Positions 51,041 through 62,827 of a DNA stretch of 64,000 nucleotides are shown here, in pieces. Each line of letters begins with the position of its first letter. The first letter of the stretch is position 1. The notes below the pieces were generated by a model. That model had not been told where the DNA came from. It saw nothing but the letters and a program-made list of their open reading frames with translations, and did not search any database. The stretch is from Octopus sinensis (lineage: Eukaryota): positions 52,886,001 through 52,950,000 of the forward strand of contig NC_042998.1 of the NCBI RefSeq assembly GCF_006345805.1, given 5' to 3'. The translations under genes and the position numbers were made by a program.

Positions 51041-51105
51041 TTCAGTATCACTTCTATACAAAAAATAAAAATATAGTGCAGCACCCATAATTTTTGGAAA
51101 CATAT

Positions 51106-51128
51106 GTACCGCTACAGTGGTACATATT

Positions 51129-51161
<33 letters not shown>

Positions 51162-51211
51162 GGCCCCTGTGCAAGGATGACACACAAATTCGTGAAGCAT
51201 TCAATATTTTT
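51106..51211 (+). pseudogene. U6: Full-length U6 snRNA copy, probably a decayed retrocopy
   Basis: 106 nt with 5' hairpin GTACCGC-TACA-GTGGTAC, ACAGAGA box, AGC triad, ISL and 3' T5. About 8 deviations from the U6 consensus, about 5 of them CpG transitions. Confidence 0.95.
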
Positions 51212-51217
51212 GATAAA

Positions 51218-51291
51218 TGGCAGAGCCCCAGCATGGCCACAGCTCGTGAGCTGAAACTAGATGAAATAAAATAAAATTAAAAAATTAAAAA
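51218..51291 (+). mobile_element. Retroposon 3'-tail module fused to U6
   Basis: ggcagagccccagcatggccacagctcgtgagctgaaactagatgaaataaaataaaa, nearly identical to 40675-40740. Confidence 0.8.
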
Positions 51292-51989
51292 TTGCCAATG
51301 CAGAAAATAAACTACACACATTGGTTGTTAGCTATCAGAACACAGCATTCTTCAAAATCTTCATGCTTCCTTCAAAAATTTCATGCTTCCTAAAATTTGA
51401 AACCACTATTCCCAAAATGTCTATGTAACCTATCCTTTCCATGGATCTTTTGCTGTTTATTTTTCTGTCTTCTTATGGGTTGTCTTGTGTATTATGCATG
51501 TAATTTTGGCTATCATTTCTGTCCCTCTTTATTTACATTACTTTCTGTTTCCTCTTTCATTTTTTTCACGTGAGTTATATCACACCAGAGTACTGTATAA
51601 AATAAGCTCACTATTACTATTTTTTATTACTCACACACATACACACACACACATGCATGTCGATAATGATACAGATAAACCCGATTGGGCTTCATATATA
51701 TAAATATATATATATGTATACCACTGATCATTCACTGGTTGCATATCCATGTCTTTTTGCACATTCCAGCTGCTATTTATGAACATTACAATCAGAATGT
51801 AATTTCAAGATCCTAGAAACAGCTGTTGAGTTAATAAACTATATATTCTCCCTTTAGCCTTCTGTATTTGTTATACTTCATGCAAAAGTAAATTATTTGT
51901 CAATATGTATAAATACCTATATGTTTGTGTATATGTGCTTATCTTCTGAATATATCTAGTATTTGTATTTATATATATAACCATATGTA

Positions 51990-52041
<52 letters not shown>

Positions 52042-52101
52042 CACCATGATGATGATGATATATGTATATATATATATATACATACACCATGATGATGATG
52101 A

Positions 52102-52136
<35 letters not shown>

Positions 52137-52139
<3 letters not shown>

Positions 52140-52410
52140 GGTCCCGGGTGATCCGGGGTTAACCACAGTAAGTAAGGTACTCAATACATAGCAGAGTAAA
52201 ATTAATTTATTATATAGAAGGAGCTTCTACAGGACTAGTACTGTTTCATTCAAGAGAAATCTTCAGGAAGCTATTTAACAAGAATTGTATTAGCATTTAT
52301 ACATTTAGGCAGGTTTAAAGGAGTGGTGGTGGGGGACTTTTTTGGGGGTAGGCATAGCGCAAAAATCATACTTGGGGAGTGGTCAAGGAGTCAGTGGTAA
52401 GTTAGATGAA
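52137..52410 (-). mobile_element. Penelope-like pLTR remnant
   Basis: Contains a hammerhead-like core on the minus strand and ends directly at (TA)n (gtaggtcccggg...). PLE origin is inferred. Confidence 0.55.
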
Positions 52411-52699
52411 AGAATAGATAAATAAAAAAATAAAATAATAAAAAAATAAAAAAATAAAAAAAATAAAAAAATAAAAAAATAAAAATAAAAAATAAAAAAT
52501 AAAAAATAAAAAATAAAAAATAAAAAAATATAAAAAAATAGAAAAAATATAATGTGTGCACATACATACATAAACACATATACATACACACACACATACG
52601 TACACATGTGTGCCTATACATACCTACACATACACACATACACATACATACATATATACACATATATACACACACATATATATATATATACACATATAC

Positions 52700-52732
<33 letters not shown>

Positions 52733-54248
52733 CACACAATCCAATACAGGCCCATTCCCTAATTTTAATTTTATTATCTTCATTTATTACTTTTGTTATC
52801 TTTGATCGCTAGAGCTAAGGATCCTGGCGATGGCAGCATGTCCAAATTGTCTGTCTACTAGAAGGCAAGTGCTCGTTCCCGCACGCACACTCATTAGCAC
52901 GTACATACACCCATTTGTACACTCATACACATACACGTACGCACGCGTATATTCATACATACAAACATCTACATACGTTCACGTATATACACATACGTAC
53001 TCGTACCTACAGATTCATGTCTACACTTTAGGAGGCTAGTCTATATATATACACCATAAATATACATATATATATATATATACATACATATACATATAAC
53101 AACATTTACACATAACACACACACACGCACATATATATACTCCTACATACAGATACATACCTAATATATATATATATAATTATATATTACCCACACATCC
53201 ATATGTATATATATATATTATATATATAATATATATATATATATGTACATGGATGTGTGGGTATATATATATATATATATATAATATATATATATATATA
53301 GTATGTATCTGTATGTAGGAGTATATATATGTGCGTGTGTGTGTGTATGTGTAATGTGTATATATGTATATGTATTCTATATATATATATATGTATATTT
53401 ATTGGTGTATATATATAGACTAGCCTCCTAAAGTGTAGACATGAATCTGTAGGTACGAGTACGTATGTGTATATACGTGAACGTATGTAGATGTTTGTTT
53501 GTATGTAATATAACGCGTGCGTTACGTGTATGTGTATGAGTGTACAAATGGTGTATGTACGTGCTAATGAGTGTGCGTGCGGGAACGAGCACTTGCCTTC
53601 TAGTAGACAGACAATTTGGACATGCTGCCATCGCCAGGATCCTAGCTCTAGCGATCAAAGATAACAAAAGTAATAAATGAAGATAATAAAATTAAAATTA
53701 GGGAAGGGCCTGTATTGGATTGTGTGTATATATATTATATGTATATATATATATATGTATATGTGTATATATATATATTGTGTGTGTATATAGTGTGTAT
53801 ATATGTATGTATGTGTATGTGTGTAGTGTAGGTATGTATAGGCACACATGTGTACGTATGTGTGTGTGTATGTATATGTGTTTATGTATGTAGTGCACAC
53901 ATTATATTTTTTCTATTTTTTTTAATTTTTTTATTTTTTATTTTTATTTTTATTTTTTATTTTTATTTTATTTTTTTATTTTTTATTTTTGTTTTTTTTA
54001 TTTTTTTATTATTTTATTTTTATTTTTATTATTCTTTCATCTAACTTACCACTGACTCCTTGACCACTCCCCCAAGTATGATATTTTGCGCTATGCCTAC
54101 CCCCAAAAAAGTCCCCCACCACCACTCCTTTAAACCTGCCTAAATGTATAAATGCTAATACAATTCTTGTGTTAAATAGCTTCCTGAAGATTTCTCTTGA
54201 ATGAAACAGTACTAGTCCTGTAGAAGCTCCTTCTATATAATAAATTAA
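52202..54248. repeat. ~2-kb spacer-less palindrome centred on (TA)n at ~53225
   Basis: Both outer (52202/54248) and inner (53190/53261) anchors give a centre of ~53225. The arms differ mostly by 1-2-bp indels. Confidence 0.95.
52222..52272 (-). ncRNA. Hammerhead-like motif with intact CUGAAGA/GAAA/GUC core (mirror copy at 54178-54228, +)
   Basis: AGCTTC-CTGAAGA-TTTC.TCTT.GAAT-GAAAC-AGTACTA-GTC-CTGTA-GAAGCT. Confidence 0.55.
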
Positions 54249-54517
54249 ATATATATATAATATATATATATATGTATATAGCCTAACCATGTTTATTTGC
54301 ATCACTATATCCATATCAGCTCACCTGAATTTCTCTTATTGCCACCATTTACCCTGTGGTCCTAGTCCTCATTAGATATTTCAGAGTTTCAGTTCAAATC
54401 AATGGAGCATACTACAACTACTACTACTATTACTACTTGTTTTCTACATTGAGCATCTCTAGATCTCACATATTGACTGTGTATACACACACACACATAA
54501 ATATGTATATATATGTG

Positions 54518-54575
<58 letters not shown>

Positions 54576-54579
54576 GTGA

Positions 54580-54613
<34 letters not shown>

Positions 54614-55368
54614 GACAGAGCATACATTTCTCTATTGTATATGCTTCTAAAAATAACATCCTATTATATTATACACTTACCACTCACCGAAATCAATTTT
54701 TCTCTCACTTAAACATTCCTGAAGCACACAGCCTATCATGAAGTCTGATCACCAAAATAAATTCCTACTCCAACATATAAATTCTCACCAAACAAGTTAT
54801 GCTAAAAGTACAACCATTACATTTTTGCTGATGTCAATATTTATGTCTGTAAGATATTTTTCAACAAATAATCAAGGTATCATAGAATGCCATTAAGTTA
54901 TTCCTTAAGATTAATTCTTCTTGGCAATATTTTGCATTTGAAAGCGAAGTCAGTAATAGCAGAACTGTATCTCTTAAACCTATGGAATATTTACACCACA
55001 GAACAGTTGGATATGCCATTAAATAGAGATTTTGATTATTCACTCTAACTAGACACTAAATTCATAACTATATCTTTGAGGAATCAATATTTGTCTTGAG
55101 ATATTTATCTAATATCCTTTCATAGGGAATGAGTTTTATTTAATTTGTTCAAGGAAAGTCACCAATTATAATAAATATACTGATCTTTATATTAATTTCT
55201 TTTTTCTTTGCATATTATATTTCAATTTTTCATACTTGATATAGGTAGTGATTAACAATTTTTGTCACAGCTGGATGTTCTACCCTGAGTTTTTCTATTC
55301 AATTATGTAGCATTGTTGGAATGGCATCAGGCAAACAAGAGAACACACAAATAACTGTAGTATATATA

Positions 55369-55835
55369 CAGGGCATGATGGGTAAATTGTCGCTATTTTA
55401 TATTTTTAATTTCACACATGCACATTGCTTGTTTTTGATTTTGCTTACTATACAGTATAGAAGAGTCAGTTGGGCACTGTCTATGAGAAAAACAGCACCA
55501 TGATGCAATTCATTCTGCCAGAAATTTGGAAATGACATGCTGTACTGCTTGGCGTTCATACCAGAAGCTCCAGTATGAACTTTTCAGAGTGTTTGGGTGT
55601 CAATCTGAGGACAGTGCAACCTAATTAAAGAGACCGTCCAGAAGAGTTGTAGGAGATTCTGAAGTCGTCTGGAGGGCGTGGCTGAAGCCAATGGCGATTT
55701 TATTGAATAAATTTACTCTTTAGTATTTCAAGATATTTTTATGTAATTTTGGTAAATATGTCTGTTAAAATGAGATGTCAGTGTTAATTTCATTTTTGCA
55801 TAGTTTTCACGACAACATATTCACCACATTCTCTG
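55369..55835 (+). mobile_element. Internally deleted Tc1/mariner-superfamily element (probably maT/DD37D-like)
   Basis: Imperfect TIRs (cagggcatgatgggtaaattgtcg / cgacaacatattcaccacattctctg). N-terminal MMQFILPEIWK*HAVLLG...ECLGVNLRTVQ is joined to C-terminal KETVQKSCRRF*SRLE.V.EANGDFIE*. The subfamily call is from memory. Confidence 0.75.
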
Positions 55836-55963
55836 TGTGTATATATATATATATAAATATATACACACGAATTTTCCATGCTGACGACATATATATATAT
55901 ATAAACACACACATGTATTATGAATTGCTGATGTCACTTTCAACAATTTTGGAAGATGATTTT

Positions 55964-56018
<55 letters not shown>

Positions 56019-56032
56019 TATATATATATAGT

Positions 56033-56370
56033 GGAGGCGCAATGGCTCCATGGTTAGGGCAGTGGACTCGCGGTCATAAGATCACAATTTTGATTCCCAG
56101 ACCAAACATTGTGTTTATTGAGCGAAAACGCCTAAAGCTCCATGCTGTACTCTTTCACCATAACTTTCTCTCACTCTTTCTTTCTGTTTCTGTTGTACCT
56201 GTATTTCAAAGGACCAGCCTTGTCACACTCTGTGTCATGCTAAATCACCCTGAGAACTACATTAAGGGTACACATGTCTGTGGAGTACTCAGCCACTTAC
56301 ACATTAATTTCATGAGCAGGCTGTTCTGATGATCGAATCAACTAGAACCCTCGTCGTTGTAACCAACTGA
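56033..56370 (+). mobile_element. SINE family D-like
   Basis: ggaggcgcaatggctccatggttagg head, ttgagcgaaaac core. Confidence 0.65.
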
Positions 56371-56394
56371 ATGCAACAATATATATATATATAA

Positions 56395-56745
56395 AATGGT
56401 CACAAGTGCTTATTTTCTTTTTTAAGCCTAGTACTTCATTTATTGGTCTCTTTTGGGGAACTGCTAAGTTATGGGGACATAAATATACCAGCAGTGGTGG
56501 GAGACAACAAGAGACACAAAGACAGACTAACAAACAAACACAATTTAAAAACAAACAGACACACACACACACATACTCACACATACACACACACATATGT
56601 ACACACATACGGTGGGCTTCTTTCAGTTTTCGTCTCTCATATCAACTCACAAGGTTTTGGTCAGCCCAATGTGCCATGCAGTGGGACTGAAACTGGAACA
56701 ATATAGTTTGGAAGAAACTTCTTACCACACAGCCACATCTGCGCC
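56395..56745 (-). mobile_element. SINE family A
   Basis: Reverse complement with a small internal deletion. Confidence 0.75.
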
Positions 56746-57295
56746 TTTATGTAATACACACACACTATATATAATACACGTTATATGTATATAATAAACA
56801 CACAACACATATATTACAGAATCAAAAAGAGAGTATGCTTGCTTCTGTAGAATTGATTTATTTATTCCTATATTTATTTTTGGCTTTGTTTTCCTCTTTT
56901 GTAGACAGTTTACCCTCCCTTGGTCATTCTTCTTAGCTTCAATAATTTTTTATTTAAATATTCCCATTTCCAATCTGTATGCACATGGGAGTAAGAATAT
57001 TGAGGCGATTATCATCAACATTCAGAATTAAGATTCACCTGTCTATGGGAATAAAGCATTCTTTTTCCATATCCGAATGCTGGAGAATAGCTTGAGTTTT
57101 GACAGTTTTCATTATTCCTTTGTACATTCTGTTTTCTTCTCTGGGCTAATTTGTCCAAAATTATTGAATAAATTTACTTCTTGTGAGTGAGCATCAATTG
57201 TGCTTCAGTCAATTTTGCAGAGGTCAGCTTTTGAGAGCAGAAAAATGTGCTTTGTGCTTTTGGTTTGAATAATTCTTTGCAGTATTATCTATTAA

Positions 57296-58371
57296 CCCTT
57301 TCGTTACTATATTTCTGACCAAAATACAACCCTTATGTGTTTCAATTAATTTCTAACATAATCATAAATTTAGTCTGGTTTCATTAAACAACTATAACTT
57401 TTTTATTTATCAATATATTAATCTGATTTTTGGAAGATAATTTAATGAAATATTCTCAACCAATTCTATACTATAATTTTTGTCACAAAGTGACTCTAAT
57501 TGCAGGTAGATACAGGTAAATTCAACAAAATATAAAATTATTAAAATTTTGTTCAAACATCGCTATAGAAAATGGGTTATTAATAATATTCAATTGGGTA
57601 TACAACAAAATTTTACTATAGAATTTGTTATTCTGGGTAACTTTCTGATACCCATAATAATATTTATGGCAAAATAAGCCTTAATTTCATTTAAGGTTGT
57701 GGGAAACCACAAAGTATCCTTTCTTTCGTTTTTTTTACATTTAGCGTAACGGTTCGTTTCTGCCGTAATGAGTTCAAATAGGCTCCTTCGAAAAAGTAAA
57801 AAGAAATAGTCTAAGGCTTTACTCTTCTGGGATAGTCTGTGGCTTGGTCCAGTTTCTTCAGAAAAATCACCGAAAGAAACAGTTTTTAAATTTTCACTCC
57901 ATTCGGGTGCCAATTCATTTTCTTTATTGCTGTCGGAGATCTCGGATTCACTGTTTTCACTTTCGGAAAATGAAACATCAGATTCATTATCAAATACCAT
58001 GTGCTTTTTTTTTTCAGTCATAGAGTTAGATTTATGAAGGTCTTCAGTAGAAAATCCTTCGAATTCTGACTCGCTGCTTGATATAATGAAATTCGTATCC
58101 ATTTTTTGTCAGAATTACAAATTTTGAAAACACAATAGGAACAAATTTCGGAAAAAAATCTCCCAAAATTCACGGAATTAAAATTACACTTCGATTTTTG
58201 TACAAAACTGTAGTTGAACTGTTTATGAAGTATAATACGTGTTTTCACGAATGTACTAAAGAGATTTGCTCTGATATTCTCATTTAAATATGAATAGGTA
58301 AATTCGGGTGGCTTTGGGCGGTTTGGTCACATTAACCAAAATTTTTTTCGGGCGGTTTGGTATCGAAAGGG
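57296..58371 (-). mobile_element. piggyBac-superfamily internal-deletion derivative
   Basis: TTAA then TIR CCCTTTCGTTAC at the left; GTATCGAAAGGG then TTTTAA at the right; subterminal gggcggtttggt occurs twice. Confidence 0.88.
57590..58102 (-). CDS. Truncated piggyBac transposase N-terminus (170 aa, uninterrupted)
   Basis: Acidic S/E/D-rich leader, then W....F..F..ETGP....LDYFFLLF...LFELITAETNRYA...W.PTTLNEIKAYFAINIIMGIRKLP, the piggyBac/PGBD N-terminal motif. No DDD catalytic domain. Confidence 0.85.
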   Translation of the reverse strand: MDTNFIISSSESEFEGFSTEDLHKSNSMTEKKKHMVFDNESDVSFSESENSESEISDSNKENELAPEWSENLKTVSFGDFSEETGPSHRLSQKSKALDYFFLLFRRSLFELITAETNRYAKCKKNERKDTLWFPTTLNEIKAYFAINIIMGIRKLPRITNSIVKFCCIPN

Positions 58372-58714
58372 TTTTAAGAGCTAAACAGTTCTCAAATGAT
58401 CTGAGAATTACTAATTTATATCTTATGTAACAAACTTCAAGTTGGCACACGAAATAGATCTTAAGCAGTATTAACTCTTTTATTAACATATTTCAATTGA
58501 AATAAACTGTCTTTGTTTTAATTAATTTTGAAAATAACGAAGAATTTACTAAAATTACTTTTCCATTATCAAACGGGTGTTGGAAGCATAAATTAACATG
58601 AAGTTTTCATGGAATGTTTTCATTTAGAACACTTTAAAACCCCAAGCTTGTAACATAGAACCAAAGACAATCTCTGGTGCCTTTTTTATTCATATGTGTG
58701 TGTGTGTGTGTGTG

Positions 58715-59080
58715 TGTAGTTAGGTAGTTTCCCTCACAGCCATGTAGTTCCAGGTTTAGTCCTAATGCATGGCACCTTCTACAATGGCACTGGGTCAACC
58801 AAAGCTTTATGAGTGAATTGGTACTCAGGAATTATCAAATACCAATATGTATGCATGTTCATGTATGTGTGTATCATTATGTTTTGTGTTTGTCTGTCAC
58901 AGTATGACAACCAGTATTGGTTTGTTTATGTCTCTGTAAACTAACAGCTTGACAAAAACAGCTATATTAAGCACCAGACTTTAAAACACATGCAGGTGTC
59001 AATTTGATTGGCTAATTACCTCATAGCAGTTATTCCAGCATGGCCATAATCCATTGACTGAAACCAGTTAATGGGTAAAA
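58715..59080 (+). mobile_element. SINE family A, old copy
   Basis: Degenerate head, core and tail. Confidence 0.65.
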
Positions 59081-59103
59081 GAATATAAAAATACACACAT
59101 ACA

Positions 59104-60363
59104 CAGATATGCAGTAAGTAAATAGACACCTTGGATTTTCAAAATTTCTGATCTAAGTGTCTTAATATGTTTTCAGTGGTGTAGAATTAACAATGTAATT
59201 ATCCTTTTTCATTCCAGGTGCCATTATATTAAACATTTGTGAAGAGTAATCATGCCACACACAAAAAAATCAGCAGACCCGTCAGATTTTCAAAGAGGTC
59301 GTATTGTTGGAATATCTTAGCCAGGGAAAAATTGCTGAAAATCTTCAAATTCCTCTTGCTACTGTTAATTAAATTTTAGTGCAATTCAAAAGCCGAGGAA
59401 AAGAATCAACAGATTCTCATCCCAGCTGACCTGGCCCCTTCGAAAGGAAGCTTCAATGTTTGAAGAGAAATGTGGAAAAACGAACCCTGTTTAAAGGCTT
59501 CTGACATTGCAAAACAGCTAGAAGTTAGTCCAAGAATGTGTGTTACATATCTGCATAAGCTTGGGTATTGTGGATGAGCAGCTAGAAGAAAACCTCTCCA
59601 ACCAATTAATATCATGTAAAGAAAGAAATGGGCTAAGGAGATGTCAGAAAAATCCAGTTCATTTTGGGATAGAGTGATTTTTTCAGATGAACCCAGATTT
59701 GCATTATTTTCAGACAGTGGACATATTTGGGTCTGGAGGCTTCCCAATTAAGAGTTTGATTTGAAACAAATCCAACCAACTGTGAAACATGGTGGTATCT
59801 CTGTAATGGTATGGAGAGCTGTCACCAGCAATGGTCGTTCTGAGCTGATTGAATGTGTTGGAACCATAAACTCTGAAAAATGCATCGAAATACTTAAGCA
59901 ATGACTACTTCCAATGTATTCACATGATAACATAATGCAAATTGAGTTTTTATTCATGGAAGATGGGGCTACTTGCCACACAGCGAAAAGGAATCAACAA
60001 TGGCTGACTGAAAATGGGATCAAAAAACTTCCTTGGCCGAGCCAATCTCCTCACATGAACCATATTGAAAATCTTTGGAGCATACTAGATAGAGCTACAT
60101 GAAAAACGTGACAGAAACCTAAATCTAAAGATGAATTGTTTTGATTGTTGCATGAAAAGTGGGCAGAAATTCCACAAGAGACAATTACAAAGCTCATCAG
60201 TCCAATGCCAAAAAGAGTTTCTGAATTAAAAACTGCAAAGGGAATGTCAACTAAATACTAAAGTATGTAGTCCTACTTATCGATTACATTTCAATCATTT
60301 GCTTTGCATATTAAATAAAAGAATTTGAAAATTAAAGGGGTCTATTTACTTCCTGCATGTCTG
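59104..60363 (+). mobile_element. Full-length degenerate Tc1-family DNA transposon (1260 bp)
   Basis: TIRs cagatatgcagtaagtaaatagacacctt / aggggtctatttacttcctgcatgtctg, TA on the right and CA on the left. Confidence 0.92.
59252..60261 (+). pseudogene. Tc1 transposase pseudogene
   Basis: ATG at 59252 to TAA at 60261. Motifs RVIFSDE, TVKHGG.SVMVW, FMEDGATCH, WPSQSP..N.IENLW, SMPKR-like and TKY*. Several stops and frameshifts. Confidence 0.92.
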
Positions 60364-60374
60364 TATATATATCG

Positions 60375-60690
60375 AAGGTACATAGCTCAGTGGTTAGAGC
60401 ATCAGGCTCACAATCATGAGGTTGTGAGTGGGACTGGGCTGTGTGTTGTGTTCTTGAAGAAGGCACTTTATTTCACATTGTTCACTCAGCTGTAGAAATG
60501 AGTTGCAACATTACTGGTGCCTAGCTGTTGTGGGCCTTGGATAACATTGGTGGCATGGAGAGGGGAGCCTGGTATGTATAGGTGACTACTAGTCTTCGAT
60601 AAACAACCTTGCCTGGACTTGTGCCTCAGAGGATAACTTTCTAGGTGCAATCCCATGGTCATTCATGACTGAAGGGGGTCTTTACCCTGT
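60375..60690 (+). mobile_element. SINE family D, full length
   Basis: Colinear with 18276-18612. Confidence 0.85.
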
Positions 60691-60811
60691 ATGTATGTGT
60701 GTGTGTGTGTGTGTGCGTGAATACACAAGTTGTACAAGCACAATGCACTATGCTGGCCTGTACTATTGCTGCACTGTTCAAGCCAGAAACTGAAAGTAGC
60801 TCACTCATAAC

Positions 60812-60979
60812 AAGGGCCAGCTCAAAGTATCAGCAACTCAGGTAGTTGTCCAGGGCACCATGTACTTTTTAGTCTACATTTTCAGTTAATCCTCTTTGTG
60901 AAAGTTTAAAAAAATTATACTTGTAAGGGCACCAAAGTTCAGCTTGCCTGGGGCACCAGCAACCCAAGTGTTGGCCCTG
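60812..60979. mobile_element. hAT-type MITE (168 bp)
   Basis: Perfect 8-bp TSD ctcataac (60804-60811, 60980-60987). TIRs aagggccagc / gttggccctg. Confidence 0.88.
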
Positions 60980-61429
60980 CTCATAACTCCTATATTCATT
61001 AAATGGTATTTATCTCTCACTAGACTGAGAGCTTTTTTGTAGCACCATCATTAGCCTTGTAACTCTCACGACTAAAGTGCTTCATCACTCATGAGGGAGA
61101 ATACAAAAGAGAGTGGTTGTTTTATGCAAGGCTTTGAGAGATTGATGCATGAGGGATGGTAGGTTTGTTGTGGGGGAGTTTTATCACTCTTTTGCATTTT
61201 ATAGGAGTCGGTGGAGATGGCTGGATTGATGTCACAAACAGAGGTAAATATCCTGGTACAAAGGGGCCAGTTATACCTTCAAGGTAACATATCCATGAAG
61301 GTGAATAGAGAACTGTATGGAAAGAGTAGAATTAACAGGGGTGAGTAATACGGTAATACTGCAAGAGTGTTAGGAGAGTGAGAGATGGAGTGGAAGAAGT
61401 CAGATGTATATTAGAGTATGCATCGAAAT

Positions 61430-61862
61430 CAAATTCGATGACTGGCATCTGTGCTGGTGGAGTGCTAAGAGTACCATACGAGCATGTTTGTTGCCAGAGC
61501 AACAAGCTGGCCTCCATGCCAATGGCACATAAAAAGCACCATTCGAGCGTGATCGTTACCTACATTGACTTACTGGCACTTGTGCTGGTGGCATGTGAAA
61601 AAACATTTGATCGAGGTCATTGCCAGTGCCGCTGGACTGGCTCCTGTGGAGGTGGCCCATAAAAAGCACCATATGAGCATGGCACATAAAAGCACCCACT
61701 ATACTCTCGGAGTGGTTGGCGTTAGGAAGGGCATCTAGCCGTAGAAACTCTGCCAGATGAGATTGGAGTCTGGTGCAGCCATCTGGTTCACCAGACCTCA
61801 GTCAAATCGTGCAACCCATGCTAGCATGGAAAGCGGACGTTAAACGATGATGATAATGATGA
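61430..61862 (+). mobile_element. Family C retroposon 3' region with repeated aaaaagcacc modules
   Basis: Longest plus-strand copy, (GAT)n tail. Confidence 0.85.
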
Positions 61863-61889
61863 TATATGTAGATGTATATTGGAGTATGC

Positions 61890-61925
<36 letters not shown>

Positions 61926-62827
61926 CAGAACAAAAGAGAGTATACTTCTTTCAGTAGAAATATGTTTATTCATTTAACTTTGAAGTTATTTTGCTTTTCC
62001 TTCCCATTTCATGTGTTCCATATCTTATCATTATTTTACTTCCACCTTTCCAATTATTTTTTAATTCCTTCCCTTCTCTCTCTTTCACCATTTCACCCTC
62101 TCACTCTAGTGTGTATTTCTATTTAAAACAATCCTTTCCATTTCTTTTTGGTTTTCTCCATTTCAATTTCTTAATTTTTGTTGTCCAATAAAATTTTGAA
62201 CTTAAAACCAATATCAAATCCAGTGACAACTATTGAGCTTCAGAGAATAATAGATTAGTGCTACAACTATCTAAAATCAATTCAAATCGCTCCTAGAGTA
62301 CTTTTTTCAACAACTGATTGAAAACAAAAGATTTTCACACTAATATTTTACTTGTGTTTTTGAAGCTAATCATATTACATTTTTTATAATTGTATAATTT
62401 AATTAGTTTAACCTAAATAGAAAAAGTGAAAATTTCAAAAGTCTTCATGTATTCTTTGGTTTTATACATTTATATAAAAAAAAATTTTCACATATTTGCA
62501 TTAACTCTTTCAAAAATTTTAGAATATCAAGAATAAAATAAATATGATAATTGCTAAAAATTTTGGGAAATGTTGTTTGATACAAAGCATCCTTGAGGAT
62601 GTTTCTATAGAAGAAGCTGAAGACAATATTAGCAGGAAGTAATGGAACTTCTAATAATATATATATATATATCTGACATATATATAATATATATATATAT
62701 ATCTGACACTCTGAAGATTTTAATTAGAACACTCATTTGTTGAAAGAATCTAGTTCTAAGATTAATAATTTCTTTCGTAGTGAGAAGGAGTGAAATGCAA
62801 CAAACTCTGTATCAATTGAATCATTAC

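Noticed and set aside
51106-51211. U6 as a functional gene
   Set aside because: It has CpG-type substitutions in invariant positions, no correctly spaced PSE, and a fused retroposon tail.
54335-54375. Minus-strand ctaatgaggactaggacc resembling a hammerhead start
   Set aside because: No GAAA or stem III follows.
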